Origin: Vicinamibacterales bacterium | GTDB taxonomy: Bacteria > Acidobacteriota > Vicinamibacteria > Vicinamibacterales > UBA2999 | DNA length: 64,000 nt | Assembly (NCBI GenBank): GCA_035575715.1 | Contig: DATLXN010000020.1 | Span: forward strand, 123,573-187,572 | Reading direction: 5' to 3' | In this document: positions 1 through 10,095 of the stretch, one piece after another | Position numbering within the stretch: the stretch's first letter is position 1 | Layout of the letters: each line of letters starts with the position of its first letter | Notes under the pieces: model-generated | Told to the model about the DNA's origin: nothing | The model's database searches: none | The model's input: the letters and a program-made list of their open reading frames with translations, nothing else | Made by a program: the position numbers and the translations under genes

Positions 1-1343
1 GGAAAGGGCACGCCGAAGAAGCGCTGGCGGCTGATGCACCAGTCGCCGTTCAGCCCGTTCACCCAACTTTCGTAGCGCCCGCGCATGTACGAAGGATGCC
101 ATTGCAGTTCGCGTCCGCGTTCGAGCAGTTGTTCGCGGAAGTCCAGGGTCTTGATAAACCACTGCCGGCTGGTGACGATCTCGAGCGGGCGATCGCCTTT
201 CTCGTAAAACTTGACGTTATGGGTGATCGGCCTGGTGTCGCCACGCAAGTCCCCGCTCTGCTTGAGCAGCTCCGCGATCGCCGTCTGAGCCTTCTTGGCC
301 GACAGCCCTGCCAGCTGATCGTAGGCCACCTGCGCACGTGGCGCATCGATGGATTCCCACCCAGGTGCACCCCACGGCACGGCGCCGAGTGTGCCGTTGG
401 GTTGAATAATCGCGCGCACTGGCAACTTGAGCTCACGCCACCACACCACGTCCGTGACGTCGCCAAAGGTGCAGATCATCGCGATGCCGCTGCCCTTTTC
501 TGGATCGGCAAGCGGATGCGCCTTCACCGGGACCCGCGCGCCGAAGATCGGCGTGACCACGTCGGTGCCAAACAGCGGCTTGTAGCGCTCATCGTCGGGG
601 TGCGCGACCAACGCGACGCAGGCCGGGAGTAGTTCAGGGCGCGTCGTTTCAATCTCTACCGTGCCGCCGCCCGGCTTGTGAAACTGCAGCCGATGGTAGG
701 CGCCGGGCTGTTCGCGATCTTCCAGTTCCGCCTGCGCGACGGCAGTCTTGAAATCGACGTCCCACAGCGTTGGCGCTTCGACCTGATATGCCAGATTGCG
801 CTGCAGCAGACGCAGGAACATCAGCTGCGAAATGCGTTGCGCGGGTTTGGCAATTGTGGCGTAGGTCATCGACCAGTCAATCGATAGCCCCAGGTAACGC
901 CACAGATGCTCGAATACTTTTTCGTCTTCGACCGTTAAACGAACGCACAGCTCGATGAAGTTCGGGCGCGATACCGAAATCGGTTGCTTGCCTGGTTTAT
1001 CGGGTGGCTCGAACGCGTGATCGTACGGCAACGAAGGGTCGCAGCGCACGCCGTAGTAGTTCTGCACGCGCCGCTCGGTGGGTAAGCCATTGTCATCCCA
1101 CCCCATCGGATAGAACACGGCCATGCCGCGCATCCGTTGAAAACGCGCGATGACGTCGGTGTGGGTGTAGGAAAATACGTGGCCGACGTGCAGCGACCCG
1201 CTCACCGTCGGCGGTGGCGTGTCGATCGCGTAGACCTCGTCGCGCGGGCGCGACCGGTCGAATCGATAGGTGCCGTCGGCTTCCCAGCGGGCAGTCCACT
1301 TCGCTTCCAGGCCTTCGAGGACTGGCTTTTCTGGCACCGTCAT
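1..1343 (-). CDS. valS: valine--tRNA ligase, N-terminal part (gene runs off the left edge)
   Basis: Absent from the ORF track because it has no stop inside the window. Translating from ATG 1343-1341 gives MTVPEKPVLEGLEAKWTARWEADGTYRFD..IDTPPPTVSGSLHVGHVFSYTHTDVIARFQRMRGMAVFYPMGWDDNGLPTERRVQNYYG. At the edge it reads ..WVNGLNGDWCISRQRFFGVPF. These are the HIGH-type motif and class Ia editing-type synthetase blocks. Confidence 0.85.
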   Translation of the reverse strand, partial: MTVPEKPVLEGLEAKWTARWEADGTYRFDRSRPRDEVYAIDTPPPTVSGSLHVGHVFSYTHTDVIARFQRMRGMAVFYPMGWDDNGLPTERRVQNYYGVRCDPSLPYDHAFEPPDKPGKQPISVSRPNFIELCVRLTVEDEKVFEHLWRYLGLSIDWSMTYATIAKPAQRISQLMFLRLLQRNLAYQVEAPTLWDVDFKTAVAQAELEDREQPGAYHRLQFHKPGGGTVEIETTRPELLPACVALVAHPDDERYKPLFGTDVVTPIFGARVPVKAHPLADPEKGSGIAMICTFGDVTDVVWWRELKLPVRAIIQPNGTLGAVPWGAPGWESIDAPRAQVAYDQLAGLSAKKAQTAIAELLKQSGDLRGDTRPITHNVKFYEKGDRPLEIVTSRQWFIKTLDFREQLLERGRELQWHPSYMRGRYESWVNGLNGDWCISRQRFFGVPF

Positions 1344-1345
1344 AA

Positions 1346-1503
1346 GTGAATGATGTTAGCAGGACCGGCCTGCGGCCGGTCGGACCCCGATGCGGTAGCG
1401 AGACGAAGGCGAGCCCCTACCGGCCGAACGGCCGGTCCCACTCCGAGCGGAGCGAGGAGTCCCACCGTGAGCGAAGCGAGCGGTCCCACCGTGAGCGAGC
1501 GGT
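1346..1503. repeat. GC-rich REP-like intergenic element
   Basis: Small palindromes gaccggcc-tgc-ggccggtc and ccggccg-aa-cggccgg. They are followed by three direct copies of about 22 nt: ggtcccac(y)(s)gtgagcg(a)agcgagc. The gagcgaagcgag core recurs at 28860-28880 and inside uvrA (38445-38490). Confidence 0.6.
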
Positions 1504-3045
1504 CTACTCTGGCGGCTGGGTGCCCAGCGAGCGAATTCTGACGATCTCGTCGCGCACCAGTCGCTCCGAGACCTCGCTGACCACACGCATCACCGTTTCG
1601 CCCATGACGCCGTGAGTGAGCCGATCGACGACGCGCGCTGCGATGCGGTCAATAGCCGCCTCGCTCAGATCGAACGCGGCGTTGGGGTCCTCGGGTAGCA
1701 CCGGCAGCGGTTCGCCCTGCTCCTCGGCCAACAAAGCGGCAAACGCATCGGCCACGGCGGATTCGTTGGAACCGTAGGCCGATACGGCCGAAGGGGCCGG
1801 GGCCGCAGCTGTGACGGGTGCGGGTACCCAAGAGGCAGCAGGGGCGGGTGCGACGGGTGCGGGTGCGACAGGTGCCGGTGCCCAGGAGGCGACAGGTGCC
1901 GGTGCCCATGGTGCAGGTGCCGATGGTGCCGCGGCCCAGGGTGCCGATTCCGGGTCCGCCTGCACGGGTGGAGTCAGGTAGTCGAAGCTCGAAATCGCGT
2001 CGGCGGTGGGCGCTTCGTAGAGCGGCGCCAGGTCGACACGTTCCGCAGTGACGTCGACCTGAGACGCTTCTATCTCGGCTGAGGCGGCGGTTTCCGCGCC
2101 TTCGCTGTCGTGTACGCTTGCGGCGTCGGCTGCATTCGCCGCCGCTTCTGCGGAACCAAACCAATCCGAGTCGACCTCGAACACCGGTTTCTCCGGCTTC
2201 GCTTCACTGATGCGCGCTTGGTTCCCCAGGGCCGAAGGGCGACGCCCCGGATCGATCGCCGCCGGCATCCGTGGCAGCAGCAGCGGACCGCTGCTCCGCG
2301 ATGCCGGACTGCCTCGGCCGCGCGACAGTTGCGCATCGAGCGTGTCGAAGGCGGCGTCGAGTTGCTCGAAATAATCTTCACTGCCGCCGGCGTCCGCCTC
2401 GACGGTCGGCGCGGCCTGTCCGGACCCCTGTTGTTTGCGCAAGTGGTCCCAATCAGGCGTCGCGACCTCGGTGCTCCGGTCGGGTTCATCGGGGCGCTCG
2501 ATGGCCGGCGTAACTTCCGCCGTCGCAACTTCCGTCACAGGTGCCGGCGGGGGCGACGGTGCAAACGAGGCTGGCTCATGCATTGGCGGGCGCGCGGCAC
2601 GTGGCGGGTCGTCGCTCGTCACGGGACGGCCCGACAGCGGCGGCGCACCACCGACCGGGCGGGCGGCCGGCTTCGCCGTAATTCCGAGAAGCTCTTTGAC
2701 GCGATTGATCACAAGTTGCGGCTCAAAAGGTTTAACCAGGACACCCGCTGCTCCTGATTCTCGCACGCGGGCCTCGTCAATGGAGTCGAAGGCGCCGCTC
2801 ATCAGCAGAATCGGCACGTGGCGCAGTTCTTTACGTGATTGCATGAACGCCGCCACCTCGTAGCCATCGACCGTCGGCAGGTTGATCGCGGCGAGAACGA
2901 TATCGGGCGGCTCTTGGCGCAGGCGGCGGGTGGCTTCCTCGCCATCTCCGACGGCCACCACCCGGACCCCCTGTTCGACAAAGGTCAGCTCGACCACCCG
3001 CTGAATGGTGATGCTGTCGTCCGCAAGCAGCAGCGTATGATCCAT
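1504..3045 (-). CDS. response regulator: receiver domain, long Pro/Ala-rich low-complexity linker, short C-terminal helical tail
   Basis: N-terminus MDHTLLLADDSITIQRVVELTF..DIVLAAINLPTVDGYEVAAFM..PILLMSGAF..LVKPFEP is a CheY-like REC domain. About 330 aa of P/A/S/E-rich sequence follow, ending in DLSEAAIDRIAARVVDRL..VRDEIVRIRS. Confidence 0.8.
   Translation of the reverse strand: MDHTLLLADDSITIQRVVELTFVEQGVRVVAVGDGEEATRRLRQEPPDIVLAAINLPTVDGYEVAAFMQSRKELRHVPILLMSGAFDSIDEARVRESGAAGVLVKPFEPQLVINRVKELLGITAKPAARPVGGAPPLSGRPVTSDDPPRAARPPMHEPASFAPSPPPAPVTEVATAEVTPAIERPDEPDRSTEVATPDWDHLRKQQGSGQAAPTVEADAGGSEDYFEQLDAAFDTLDAQLSRGRGSPASRSSGPLLLPRMPAAIDPGRRPSALGNQARISEAKPEKPVFEVDSDWFGSAEAAANAADAASVHDSEGAETAASAEIEASQVDVTAERVDLAPLYEAPTADAISSFDYLTPPVQADPESAPWAAAPSAPAPWAPAPVASWAPAPVAPAPVAPAPAASWVPAPVTAAAPAPSAVSAYGSNESAVADAFAALLAEEQGEPLPVLPEDPNAAFDLSEAAIDRIAARVVDRLTHGVMGETVMRVVSEVSERLVRDEIVRIRSLGTQPPE
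1812..1935. repeat. in-gene tandem repeat encoding the (A/P/V/W) tract of the response regulator
   Basis: The 20-nt string gcgacaggtgccggtgccca occurs at 1865-1884 and again at 1889-1908, a 24-nt period. It is flanked by degenerate ggtgc(g/c)ggtgc units. The encoded peptide is APAPWAPAPVASWAPAPVAPAPVAPAPAASWVPAPV. Confidence 0.6.
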
Positions 3046-3065
3046 CGCGACCGGCCAGCCTCTCG

Positions 3066-3470
3066 CTAGGCGACCCGCGCCCGCGCGTTGTGGTTGATGA
3101 AGTCGACGATCTGCCGCATCGGCGTGCCGGGCAGGAAGATGCCGCGCACACCGATCGCGTTCAGTTTGGCGATATCAACATCCGGAATGATGCCGCCAAT
3201 CACGACCATGACGTCGGACAATCCTTTTTCATTGAGCAGTTCCATCACCCTCGGGCAGATGTGCATGTGCGCACCGGACAGGATCGACAATCCGATCACG
3301 TCGGCGTCTTCCTGCAAAGCTGCGCTGACAATCTGCTCGGGTGTCTGTCGCAGGCCGGTGTAAATGACTTCCATTCCTGCATCGCGCAGCGCACGCGCGA
3401 TGACCTTGGCCCCGCGGTCATGCCCGTCGAGGCCCGGCTTGGCAATAACGACTCGAATCTTCTGACTCAT
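3066..3470 (-). CDS. methylmalonyl-CoA mutase family, B12-binding small subunit/domain
   Basis: [40 protein letters not shown].. carries the DxHxxG cobalamin-binding signature. It lies directly downstream of the catalytic subunit gene. Confidence 0.9.
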   Translation of the reverse strand: MSQKIRVVIAKPGLDGHDRGAKVIARALRDAGMEVIYTGLRQTPEQIVSAALQEDADVIGLSILSGAHMHICPRVMELLNEKGLSDVMVVIGGIIPDVDIAKLNAIGVRGIFLPGTPMRQIVDFINHNARARVA

Positions 3471-3502
3471 GAACAGCAGCTCTCCGCTCTCAGCGCTCGG
3501 CG

Positions 3503-5167
3503 CTAGATAATCGGCACTTCCTCATACTCGCCCCACACCTCACGCAGCGCGTCGCACATCTCGCCAACCGTCGCGTAAGCGCGCACGCAGTCGAGAATCG
3601 CCGGCATCGTATTGGCGGTCCCGCGCGCCGTTGCGCGCAAGGCATCGAGCGTGCGGGTCACTGCCGCGCTGTTGCGGGTCTTCTTGAGTTCCTCGAGACG
3701 CGACAACTGCCGGTCGGCGGCGGTATCGTCGATATAGAGGATCGAGATGCGCTTTTCATCTTCCTGGATGAAGTCATTGACGCCGACGATCACCTTGTCG
3801 CGGCGTTCGACGGCGGTCTGGAACTGATACGACGACTCGGCGATTTCCTTCTGCGGATACCCCAATTCGATCGCCTCGACCATGCCGCCCATGCGATCGA
3901 TCGTCTCCCAGTAGTTCAGCGTGCCTTCTTCCATCTCACCGGTCAGCCGCTCGACGAAATACGAGCCACCCAACGGATCGACGATGTTGGTGACACCGCT
4001 TTCGTGGGCGATGATCTGCTGCGTCCGCAGCGCGATGGTCGCGGTTTCCTTGGTCGGCAATGCGAGCGCTTCGTCCAGGGAGTTGGTGTGCAGCGAATTG
4101 GTTCCGCCGAGCACCGCGGCCAGCGCCTGCAACGCCGTGCGAACAACGTTGTTATAGGGCTGCTGAGCGGTGAGCGACACGCCGGCAGTCTGGGTATGGA
4201 AGCGAAGTTGCCACGAGCGCGGATTCTTCGCACCGAACCGATCTCGCATCGCTTCGGCCCACAACTTCCGCGCCGCCCGATACTTGGCGATCTCCTCGAA
4301 GAAGTCACTGTGCGAGTTGAAGAAGAACGAGATGCGCGGCACGAATTCGTCGACATCCAGGCCGGCGTCAATCCCGTACTGAACATATTCGAGGCCGTCG
4401 CGCAGTGTGAACGCGAGTTCCTGCAACGCGGTCGAACCGGCCTCCCGGATGTGATATCCGCTGACCGAGATTGTGTTCCACTTCGGCACCTGTTCGGTGC
4501 AGAAGGCAAAGATGTCGGTGATCAGCCGCATCGACGGACGCGGCGGGAAAATGTATTCCTTTTGCGCAATGAACTCCTTCAGGATGTCGTTCTGAATGGT
4601 GCCGGAGATGCGCTGCCAGTCGGCGCCCTGCTTTTCCGCGACGACCAAATACATCGCGAAGATCATCGGCGCCGGCGAGTTGATGGTCATCGACGTCGTG
4701 ATGTCCGCCAGCGAAATGCCGTCGAACAACCGCTCCATGTCGGCCAGCGAGGTGATGTTGACGCCGCACTTGCCGACTTCGCCAAGACACAGCTCATGAT
4801 CGGGGTCGCGCCCCATCAACGTCGGCAGGTCGAAGGCGACCGATAAACCAGTGCCGCCCGCCGCGATCAGATCTTTGTAGCGCTGATTGGTCTCCTCGGG
4901 CGTGCCAAACCCGGCAAACTGCCGCATCGTCCACAACTTGCCGCGATAGCCGGTCGGGTGTATGCCGCGGACATACGGGAACTCGCCGGGATTGCCGACT
5001 TGACGGTCGTAATCAATCGCGCTGACGTCTTCAGGCGAATACAGCCGTTCGATCGGCCGGCCCGAGATCGTGGTGAAGGGGCCCTGGCGTTCCGGAGATT
5101 TCTTCAGGGTAGGCTCGAGAACCTCGCGTTCCCACTTCTGCTTCGCCGTCTCTACGATGACGCTCAT
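3503..5167 (-). CDS. methylmalonyl-CoA mutase family (acyl-CoA mutase), catalytic large subunit
   Basis: Family blocks present: [56 protein letters not shown] and SGYHIREAG. Substrate specificity (methylmalonyl versus isobutyryl/ethylmalonyl) cannot be decided by eye. Confidence 0.9.
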   Translation of the reverse strand: MSVIVETAKQKWEREVLEPTLKKSPERQGPFTTISGRPIERLYSPEDVSAIDYDRQVGNPGEFPYVRGIHPTGYRGKLWTMRQFAGFGTPEETNQRYKDLIAAGGTGLSVAFDLPTLMGRDPDHELCLGEVGKCGVNITSLADMERLFDGISLADITTSMTINSPAPMIFAMYLVVAEKQGADWQRISGTIQNDILKEFIAQKEYIFPPRPSMRLITDIFAFCTEQVPKWNTISVSGYHIREAGSTALQELAFTLRDGLEYVQYGIDAGLDVDEFVPRISFFFNSHSDFFEEIAKYRAARKLWAEAMRDRFGAKNPRSWQLRFHTQTAGVSLTAQQPYNNVVRTALQALAAVLGGTNSLHTNSLDEALALPTKETATIALRTQQIIAHESGVTNIVDPLGGSYFVERLTGEMEEGTLNYWETIDRMGGMVEAIELGYPQKEIAESSYQFQTAVERRDKVIVGVNDFIQEDEKRISILYIDDTAADRQLSRLEELKKTRNSAAVTRTLDALRATARGTANTMPAILDCVRAYATVGEMCDALREVWGEYEEVPII

Positions 5168-5200
5168 GCTTGTTCATTATAGGACTCTCCCTTCGGTCGA

Positions 5201-5371
5201 GCAGGACTGGCGGCGGGGACCGCATCGCTTTCCTCGCGGCAGGAGCCTCGCCGTGCGGCTCGGCAGCATCCGGGTGAAGGTGAGCAGACTGTGGGCGAGC
5301 CGAACAGCGAGCCTCCTGCCGCGAGCGAAGCGATGCGGTCCCGCTGGCGCGCGAAGCGCCGCCAGTCCTGC
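5201..5371. repeat. large imperfect palindrome (REP/MITE-like) in the divergent mutase/gdh intergenic region
   Basis: Left arm gcaggactggcggcg-gggaccgcatcgct-ttc-ctcgcggcaggag (from 5201). It pairs with right arm ctcctgccgcgag-cga-agcgatgcggtccc...cgccgccagtcctgc (to 5371). The core ggcgcttcgcgcgcc-like string also occurs at 43970-44010. Confidence 0.6.
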
Positions 5372-5417
5372 CGCGCGGAGCGCGCTCTACAGCGAAGATT
5401 GAGTAAACTGGGCGGCT

Positions 5418-6668
5418 ATGGTTTCAGAGCATGGTGTATTCGGAGCGATGCTGCGGGAGTTCGAGGGCGCGGCGCGCATCCTCGATCTGGATCCGGGAAT
5501 CTGGAAGATTCTGACCAAACCGAAGCGCCAGATCATCGTGTCGTGTCCAGTCCAGATGGACAACGGCTCGATTGAAGTCTTCACCGGCTACCGCGTCCAA
5601 TATAACGTTACGCTCGGGCCGGCGAAGGGCGGGATCCGGTTCCACCCCAGCGTCACGCTCGACGAAGTGGCCGCGCTGGCGGCGTGGATGACGTGGAAGT
5701 GCGCCGTGGCGCAGTTGCCATTTGGCGGCGGGAAGGGCGGCGTGATCTGCGATCCGACGACGATGTCGAAGCGCGAGCTCGAGTCACTGACCCGCCGCTA
5801 CACCGCAGAGATTATCGACGCGATCGGTCCGGAGAAAGACGTGCCCGCACCGGATGTGAATACCAACGAACAGATCATGGCGTGGTTCATGGACACTTAC
5901 TCCATGCACGTTGGCCATACCTCCACCGCCGTCGTCACCGGCAAGCCGGTCGCGATGGGCGGCTCGCTGGGGCGCCGGGAAGCGACCGGACGTGGCGTGA
6001 TGATCATCACGCGCGAATCGGCCAAGCATCTTGGCTTCTCCCTGAAGGGCGCCACAGTTGCGGTGCAGGGCTTCGGCAACGTCGGCTCGGTGGCCGCTGA
6101 CTTGCTGACCGAGGTCGGCGCCAGAGTGATCGCCGTCACCGACTGGAAAGCCGGGGTCTACAACAAAAAGGGTCTCGACATCAAGAAACTGATCGCCTAT
6201 GCCGGCGAGACGCGCAGCGTTGAGGGCTTTCCCGGTGCGGAGGCGATCACCAACGAGCAACTGTTCAAGCTCGATGTCGACGTGCTGATCCCGGCGGCGC
6301 TCGAGGAACAAATCACCGCGGCGAACGCCGGCGAGATCAAGGCGAAATTGGTGGTGGAAGGCGCGAACGGCCCGACCACGCCCGATGCGCACAAAGCGTT
6401 GCACGAGCGCGGCGTCTTCGTGGTGCCGGATATTCTCGCCAACGCCGGCGGCGTCACCGTGTCGTACTTCGAGTGGGTGCAGGACCGTCACGGCTACTTC
6501 TGGCTCGAGACCGAAGTCAATGAACGGCTCGAACAGAAAATGTGTCAGGCGTTCAATGCGGTACTCGAGACGGCGCAGAACTACAACGTCGATATGCGCA
6601 TCGCCGCCTACATCGTCGCGATCAACCGCGTCGCGACGGTGACTAAACTGCGCGGCATGTATGCTTGA
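5418..6668 (+). CDS. gdhA: Glu/Leu/Phe/Val-family glutamate dehydrogenase
   Basis: GPAKGGIRFHP, KCAVAQLPFGGGKGGV (catalytic Lys box) and the Rossmann motif VAVQGFGNVGS. Length 416 aa is typical for this family. Confidence 0.9.
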   Translation: MVSEHGVFGAMLREFEGAARILDLDPGIWKILTKPKRQIIVSCPVQMDNGSIEVFTGYRVQYNVTLGPAKGGIRFHPSVTLDEVAALAAWMTWKCAVAQLPFGGGKGGVICDPTTMSKRELESLTRRYTAEIIDAIGPEKDVPAPDVNTNEQIMAWFMDTYSMHVGHTSTAVVTGKPVAMGGSLGRREATGRGVMIITRESAKHLGFSLKGATVAVQGFGNVGSVAADLLTEVGARVIAVTDWKAGVYNKKGLDIKKLIAYAGETRSVEGFPGAEAITNEQLFKLDVDVLIPAALEEQITAANAGEIKAKLVVEGANGPTTPDAHKALHERGVFVVPDILANAGGVTVSYFEWVQDRHGYFWLETEVNERLEQKMCQAFNAVLETAQNYNVDMRIAAYIVAINRVATVTKLRGMYA

Positions 6669-6758
6669 GACGGACGATTCGCGGAATCACGGAACCACAG
6701 AAGTTTTTTGTTGAACAGTGCTTCCGCGGTGCTGTGCTTCCGTGCCTCGTGCGGTCCC

Positions 6759-8807
6759 TCATCCGACAATTCGAAACGCGACGAGCGATTGCGCCGGCGG
6801 TTGTCCGGCGCTCGCGGCATTGAGTTCCAACAGATATTCGCCCGGCGCTAACGCTGCGAGCGGCAAGTCGATGACATGCGGCTGCGCCGATCCCGCCGGC
6901 GCGGTCACCGGGACATCGGCCAACCGTTGCCCCTGCTTATTCAGCAATCGCGACGTCACGACGGCTGACGCAGTGCCTGGCGCGTAGATCTCGGTTCTGA
7001 TGATCAGACGGTCGGTACGCCTGAATTCACGGCCGGCAGTCGGCATCGCGTTGACGTCGCCGTTGAGCGTGCGTAACTCGAGGGCGTTGCGCGCGACGAA
7101 CACCCGGGGCGTCGCCACACTCAGTTCGGCGGCGGTGAGGTCCGGCACGATCACTTCGCGATCGTCGCTATCCAAGGCGCCGGCGGCACCGTTGACCGAC
7201 ATCCGCAATTGGACGCGCCCAGGCGGCACGTCAAAGGTCACCGACGTGCCCGTTGATCCGGCAGCGGGCACCTGGCCGCGGAACAACGTCTCGCCATCCG
7301 GCGAGGCGGCAATCAGTGCCACCGAGGTGGCGTTTTCCCGTCGCAGACCTGGCTGCGCAGGTAGCGGTTCCCAGACGAATGTCACCTTGGTCTTCCCCGC
7401 TTCACCCCTGGACGTGCCCACCCAGGTGCGGACGAACCGGCCACGCGACGGTTCGGCGATCGACGACAGGGCTTTGTTGACGGCGGGCGGCGGACCAGCT
7501 TTCGGCGTCGATGCGGCCGCCGCACGTGCAGTCTCGACAGGCGTCAGCGCCCAGTAGCCTTTGCGCGCGCGGACCTGCGCGCCCGGGCGCTTGACCCGCA
7601 CTTTGATCTCATGAAACTTGCCGTCCTGCGGCGCTTGCGATGAGTTGTAGCCAAGCAGGTAGTAGGCGCTCGAATCGACGACGATCTGTTTCATCGCCCG
7701 CGCCAGGTCGTTGCGATTGACGATCGCGCGACCATCGGTTTCGTCGGCAAGGACTCGTAGCGTGTCCTGTGTCTGCCGCAGCGACGCACTGCTCCGCTGC
7801 ATCCCGACGTTCTCATTGATATCAAATTCGCCGGTCGCCAAGCCGCGCGGATCGACGGTGTACAGTGCGGTGTTGCTGCGATTGGCGGCGCTGAACACCT
7901 CCTGCATCTCGCGCTGCACGTCCAGCTGACCCGACATGTCGGCACGCTCTTCGTTAATGCTGTTCTCGCCGAGGGTCGGGTTGCGGCGCGCCGGATTGCC
8001 CATGCCGGGCATGCTCGCGACCGGATCGCGCAGTTGTGGCGGCAGAATCGTGGTGTAGCCTTCGCTGACCACGATCACCGCTTTGCGGCCTTCGCGCAGC
8101 GCGCCCAGTTTGATCGCCAGTCCTTCCAGTGCGCTGAGCGACACCTGCCGGCGAATGCGCTCGACTGTCTCCGCTGGATACAGCGCGTAGCGCTGCTCGA
8201 GATCGTTGCGTGGTTCGTAATTGAACTTGCGGCCTTCGAACTTTTCCAGCATCCGAATCACCGCTTGATGGTCCCGCGTCAGCGACACCGACTCGAGCGG
8301 TGACAGCGGCAGCATCACGGCGACGAGATCGTTGGGACCGAGATTGTTCTGAACAAACTGAATCAACGGCTTGCGCGACGCCATGCTGTTGCCGAGGCGC
8401 ACATGGTAGTCATCGAGAAAGAACACAAAGATGCGGGCGTTATCGTCGGCGGCGGCGCGCTCTTCGTCAGCGCGCGTGCGAATCGCCGCACGCGTTTCGT
8501 TGGGGGCCGTGGTGTCGACTTTGACGACGCGGAAGGTTTCCAGGGTTTGTGGCTTGCCGTCTTCGAGGACTTCGAAATCGGTTTGCTTGAGGTCGATGAT
8601 TGGCGTGCCTTGTTTGTCGGTGACGATGGCGTCGACGCGGACGAAGTTGATGCCGGTTCGGAATACTGGCTGCTGGCCGGGGGGCGCCGGGGGCTGTTCT
8701 TGCGCGGGCGGCGGAGCTGTCGGCGGCTGTTGCTGGCCCGCCAGCGATGCTCCCAACACCGCACACACCAGTGCGACTGCAGCGTGACTGATTCGTGCGT
8801 GGGGCAT
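6759..8807 (-). CDS. secreted VWA-domain protein (acidobacterial VWFA-related type)
   Basis: Signal-like N-terminus and a Gln/Pro-rich spacer. FRTGINFVRVDAIVTDKQGTPI and IFVFFLDDYH match my recollection of the TIGR03436-type VWFA-related domain. The C-terminal half is beta-rich. Confidence 0.7.
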   Translation of the reverse strand: MPHARISHAAVALVCAVLGASLAGQQQPPTAPPPAQEQPPAPPGQQPVFRTGINFVRVDAIVTDKQGTPIIDLKQTDFEVLEDGKPQTLETFRVVKVDTTAPNETRAAIRTRADEERAAADDNARIFVFFLDDYHVRLGNSMASRKPLIQFVQNNLGPNDLVAVMLPLSPLESVSLTRDHQAVIRMLEKFEGRKFNYEPRNDLEQRYALYPAETVERIRRQVSLSALEGLAIKLGALREGRKAVIVVSEGYTTILPPQLRDPVASMPGMGNPARRNPTLGENSINEERADMSGQLDVQREMQEVFSAANRSNTALYTVDPRGLATGEFDINENVGMQRSSASLRQTQDTLRVLADETDGRAIVNRNDLARAMKQIVVDSSAYYLLGYNSSQAPQDGKFHEIKVRVKRPGAQVRARKGYWALTPVETARAAAASTPKAGPPPAVNKALSSIAEPSRGRFVRTWVGTSRGEAGKTKVTFVWEPLPAQPGLRRENATSVALIAASPDGETLFRGQVPAAGSTGTSVTFDVPPGRVQLRMSVNGAAGALDSDDREVIVPDLTAAELSVATPRVFVARNALELRTLNGDVNAMPTAGREFRRTDRLIIRTEIYAPGTASAVVTSRLLNKQGQRLADVPVTAPAGSAQPHVIDLPLAALAPGEYLLELNAASAGQPPAQSLVAFRIVG

Positions 8808-8867
8808 CTCGCGACCTTCCTATCGGCATGATAACATCCGATTTTCCTTCCTCTTTCCGAGGTTTTC

Positions 8868-10043
8868 ATGACCCAACCGACGCTCGACCACTCGTCGTCC
8901 AGTCTCGCCCTGACGCGCCTGGCCGAAGACGAAGTGATTTTTCGCGACAGCGTGTACGAGTTTGCTGACCGCGAAATTCGGCCACTGGTCCGCGAAATGG
9001 ACGAACACGCCCAGATTCCTCGCACCTTGATCGACAAATTGTTCGAGATGGGCCTGATGGGCATCGAGATTCCCGAAAGCTACGGCGGAGCTGGCGCCTC
9101 GTTCTTTCACTCGGTGCTCGCCGTCGAGGCCCTCTCCCGTGTCGACCCGTCGATCGGCGTCCTCGCCGATGTCCAGAACACGCTGGTGATCAACGCTGTC
9201 GTTCAATGGGGCAACGACGAAGTGAAGCAGCGGTATTTACCGAAGCTGGCGTCGCAGACGATCGGCGCCTACTGCCTGTCCGAGGCCGGCTCAGGGAGCG
9301 ATGCCTTCGCGCTGCAGACGCGCGCCATCGAGGTGGCCGAAGGCTACATGATCACCGGCCGCAAGCTGTGGATCACCAACGGCAACGAAGCCGACCTGTT
9401 CATCGTGTTTGCCAATCTCAATCCGGAAGCCGGCTACCTCGGCATCACCGCGTTCCTCGTCGAGCGTGGCGCGCCGGGGTTCACCGTCGGCAAGAAAGAA
9501 GACAAGCTGGGCATCCGCGCCAGCAGCACCTGCGAATTGGTCTTCGAAGATTGTCTGGTCGGGCGTGACGCGGTCCTTGGTGACGTCGGCAAAGGCTACA
9601 AGGTGGCGATCGAAACGCTCAACGAAGGCCGCATCGGCATCGGCGCGCAGATGCTCGGGCTCGCGCAAGGAGCGCTTGACCACACCATCCGCTATACCAA
9701 AGAGCGAAAGCAGTTCGGCAAGGCCATCGCCGACTTCCAGGGCGTGCAGTTCCAACTGGCGCGCATGGCGATCGACGTCGAAGCCGCCCGGCTGATGGTC
9801 TACAACTCGGCGCGCTTGCGGGACGCCGGGTTGCCGTTTCTGCATGAAGCCGCAATGTGCAAAATCCTGACGTCGGAAGTTGCCGAACGCGTCGCCTCGA
9901 TGGCGGTCAATTTGTACGGCGGCTACGGCTTCGTCCGCGATTACCCGGTCGAAAAACTGTTCCGCGACGCCAAGATCGGGCAGATCTACGAGGGCACGTC
10001 GAACATGCAATTGATGACGATCGCCAAGCACCTGCTGCAATAA
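8868..10043 (+). CDS. acyl-CoA dehydrogenase (short/branched-chain type)
   Basis: CLSEAGSGSDAF, GRKLWITNG and QIYEGTSNMQLMTIAK are canonical ACAD blocks. Length is 391 aa. Confidence 0.9.
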   Translation: MTQPTLDHSSSSLALTRLAEDEVIFRDSVYEFADREIRPLVREMDEHAQIPRTLIDKLFEMGLMGIEIPESYGGAGASFFHSVLAVEALSRVDPSIGVLADVQNTLVINAVVQWGNDEVKQRYLPKLASQTIGAYCLSEAGSGSDAFALQTRAIEVAEGYMITGRKLWITNGNEADLFIVFANLNPEAGYLGITAFLVERGAPGFTVGKKEDKLGIRASSTCELVFEDCLVGRDAVLGDVGKGYKVAIETLNEGRIGIGAQMLGLAQGALDHTIRYTKERKQFGKAIADFQGVQFQLARMAIDVEAARLMVYNSARLRDAGLPFLHEAAMCKILTSEVAERVASMAVNLYGGYGFVRDYPVEKLFRDAKIGQIYEGTSNMQLMTIAKHLLQ

Positions 10044-10095
10044 GGGCCTCGTAGCGCGGGACTTGAGCGCCGCTTCAGGGCTGGCCAATGCCGCC

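Noticed and set aside
1346-1615. Short ORFs translating to SERSEESHRERSERSHRER and similar
   Set aside because: They are read-outs of the GC-rich tandem/REP-like element and overlap the 3' end of the response-regulator gene. There is no start context and no protein-like composition.
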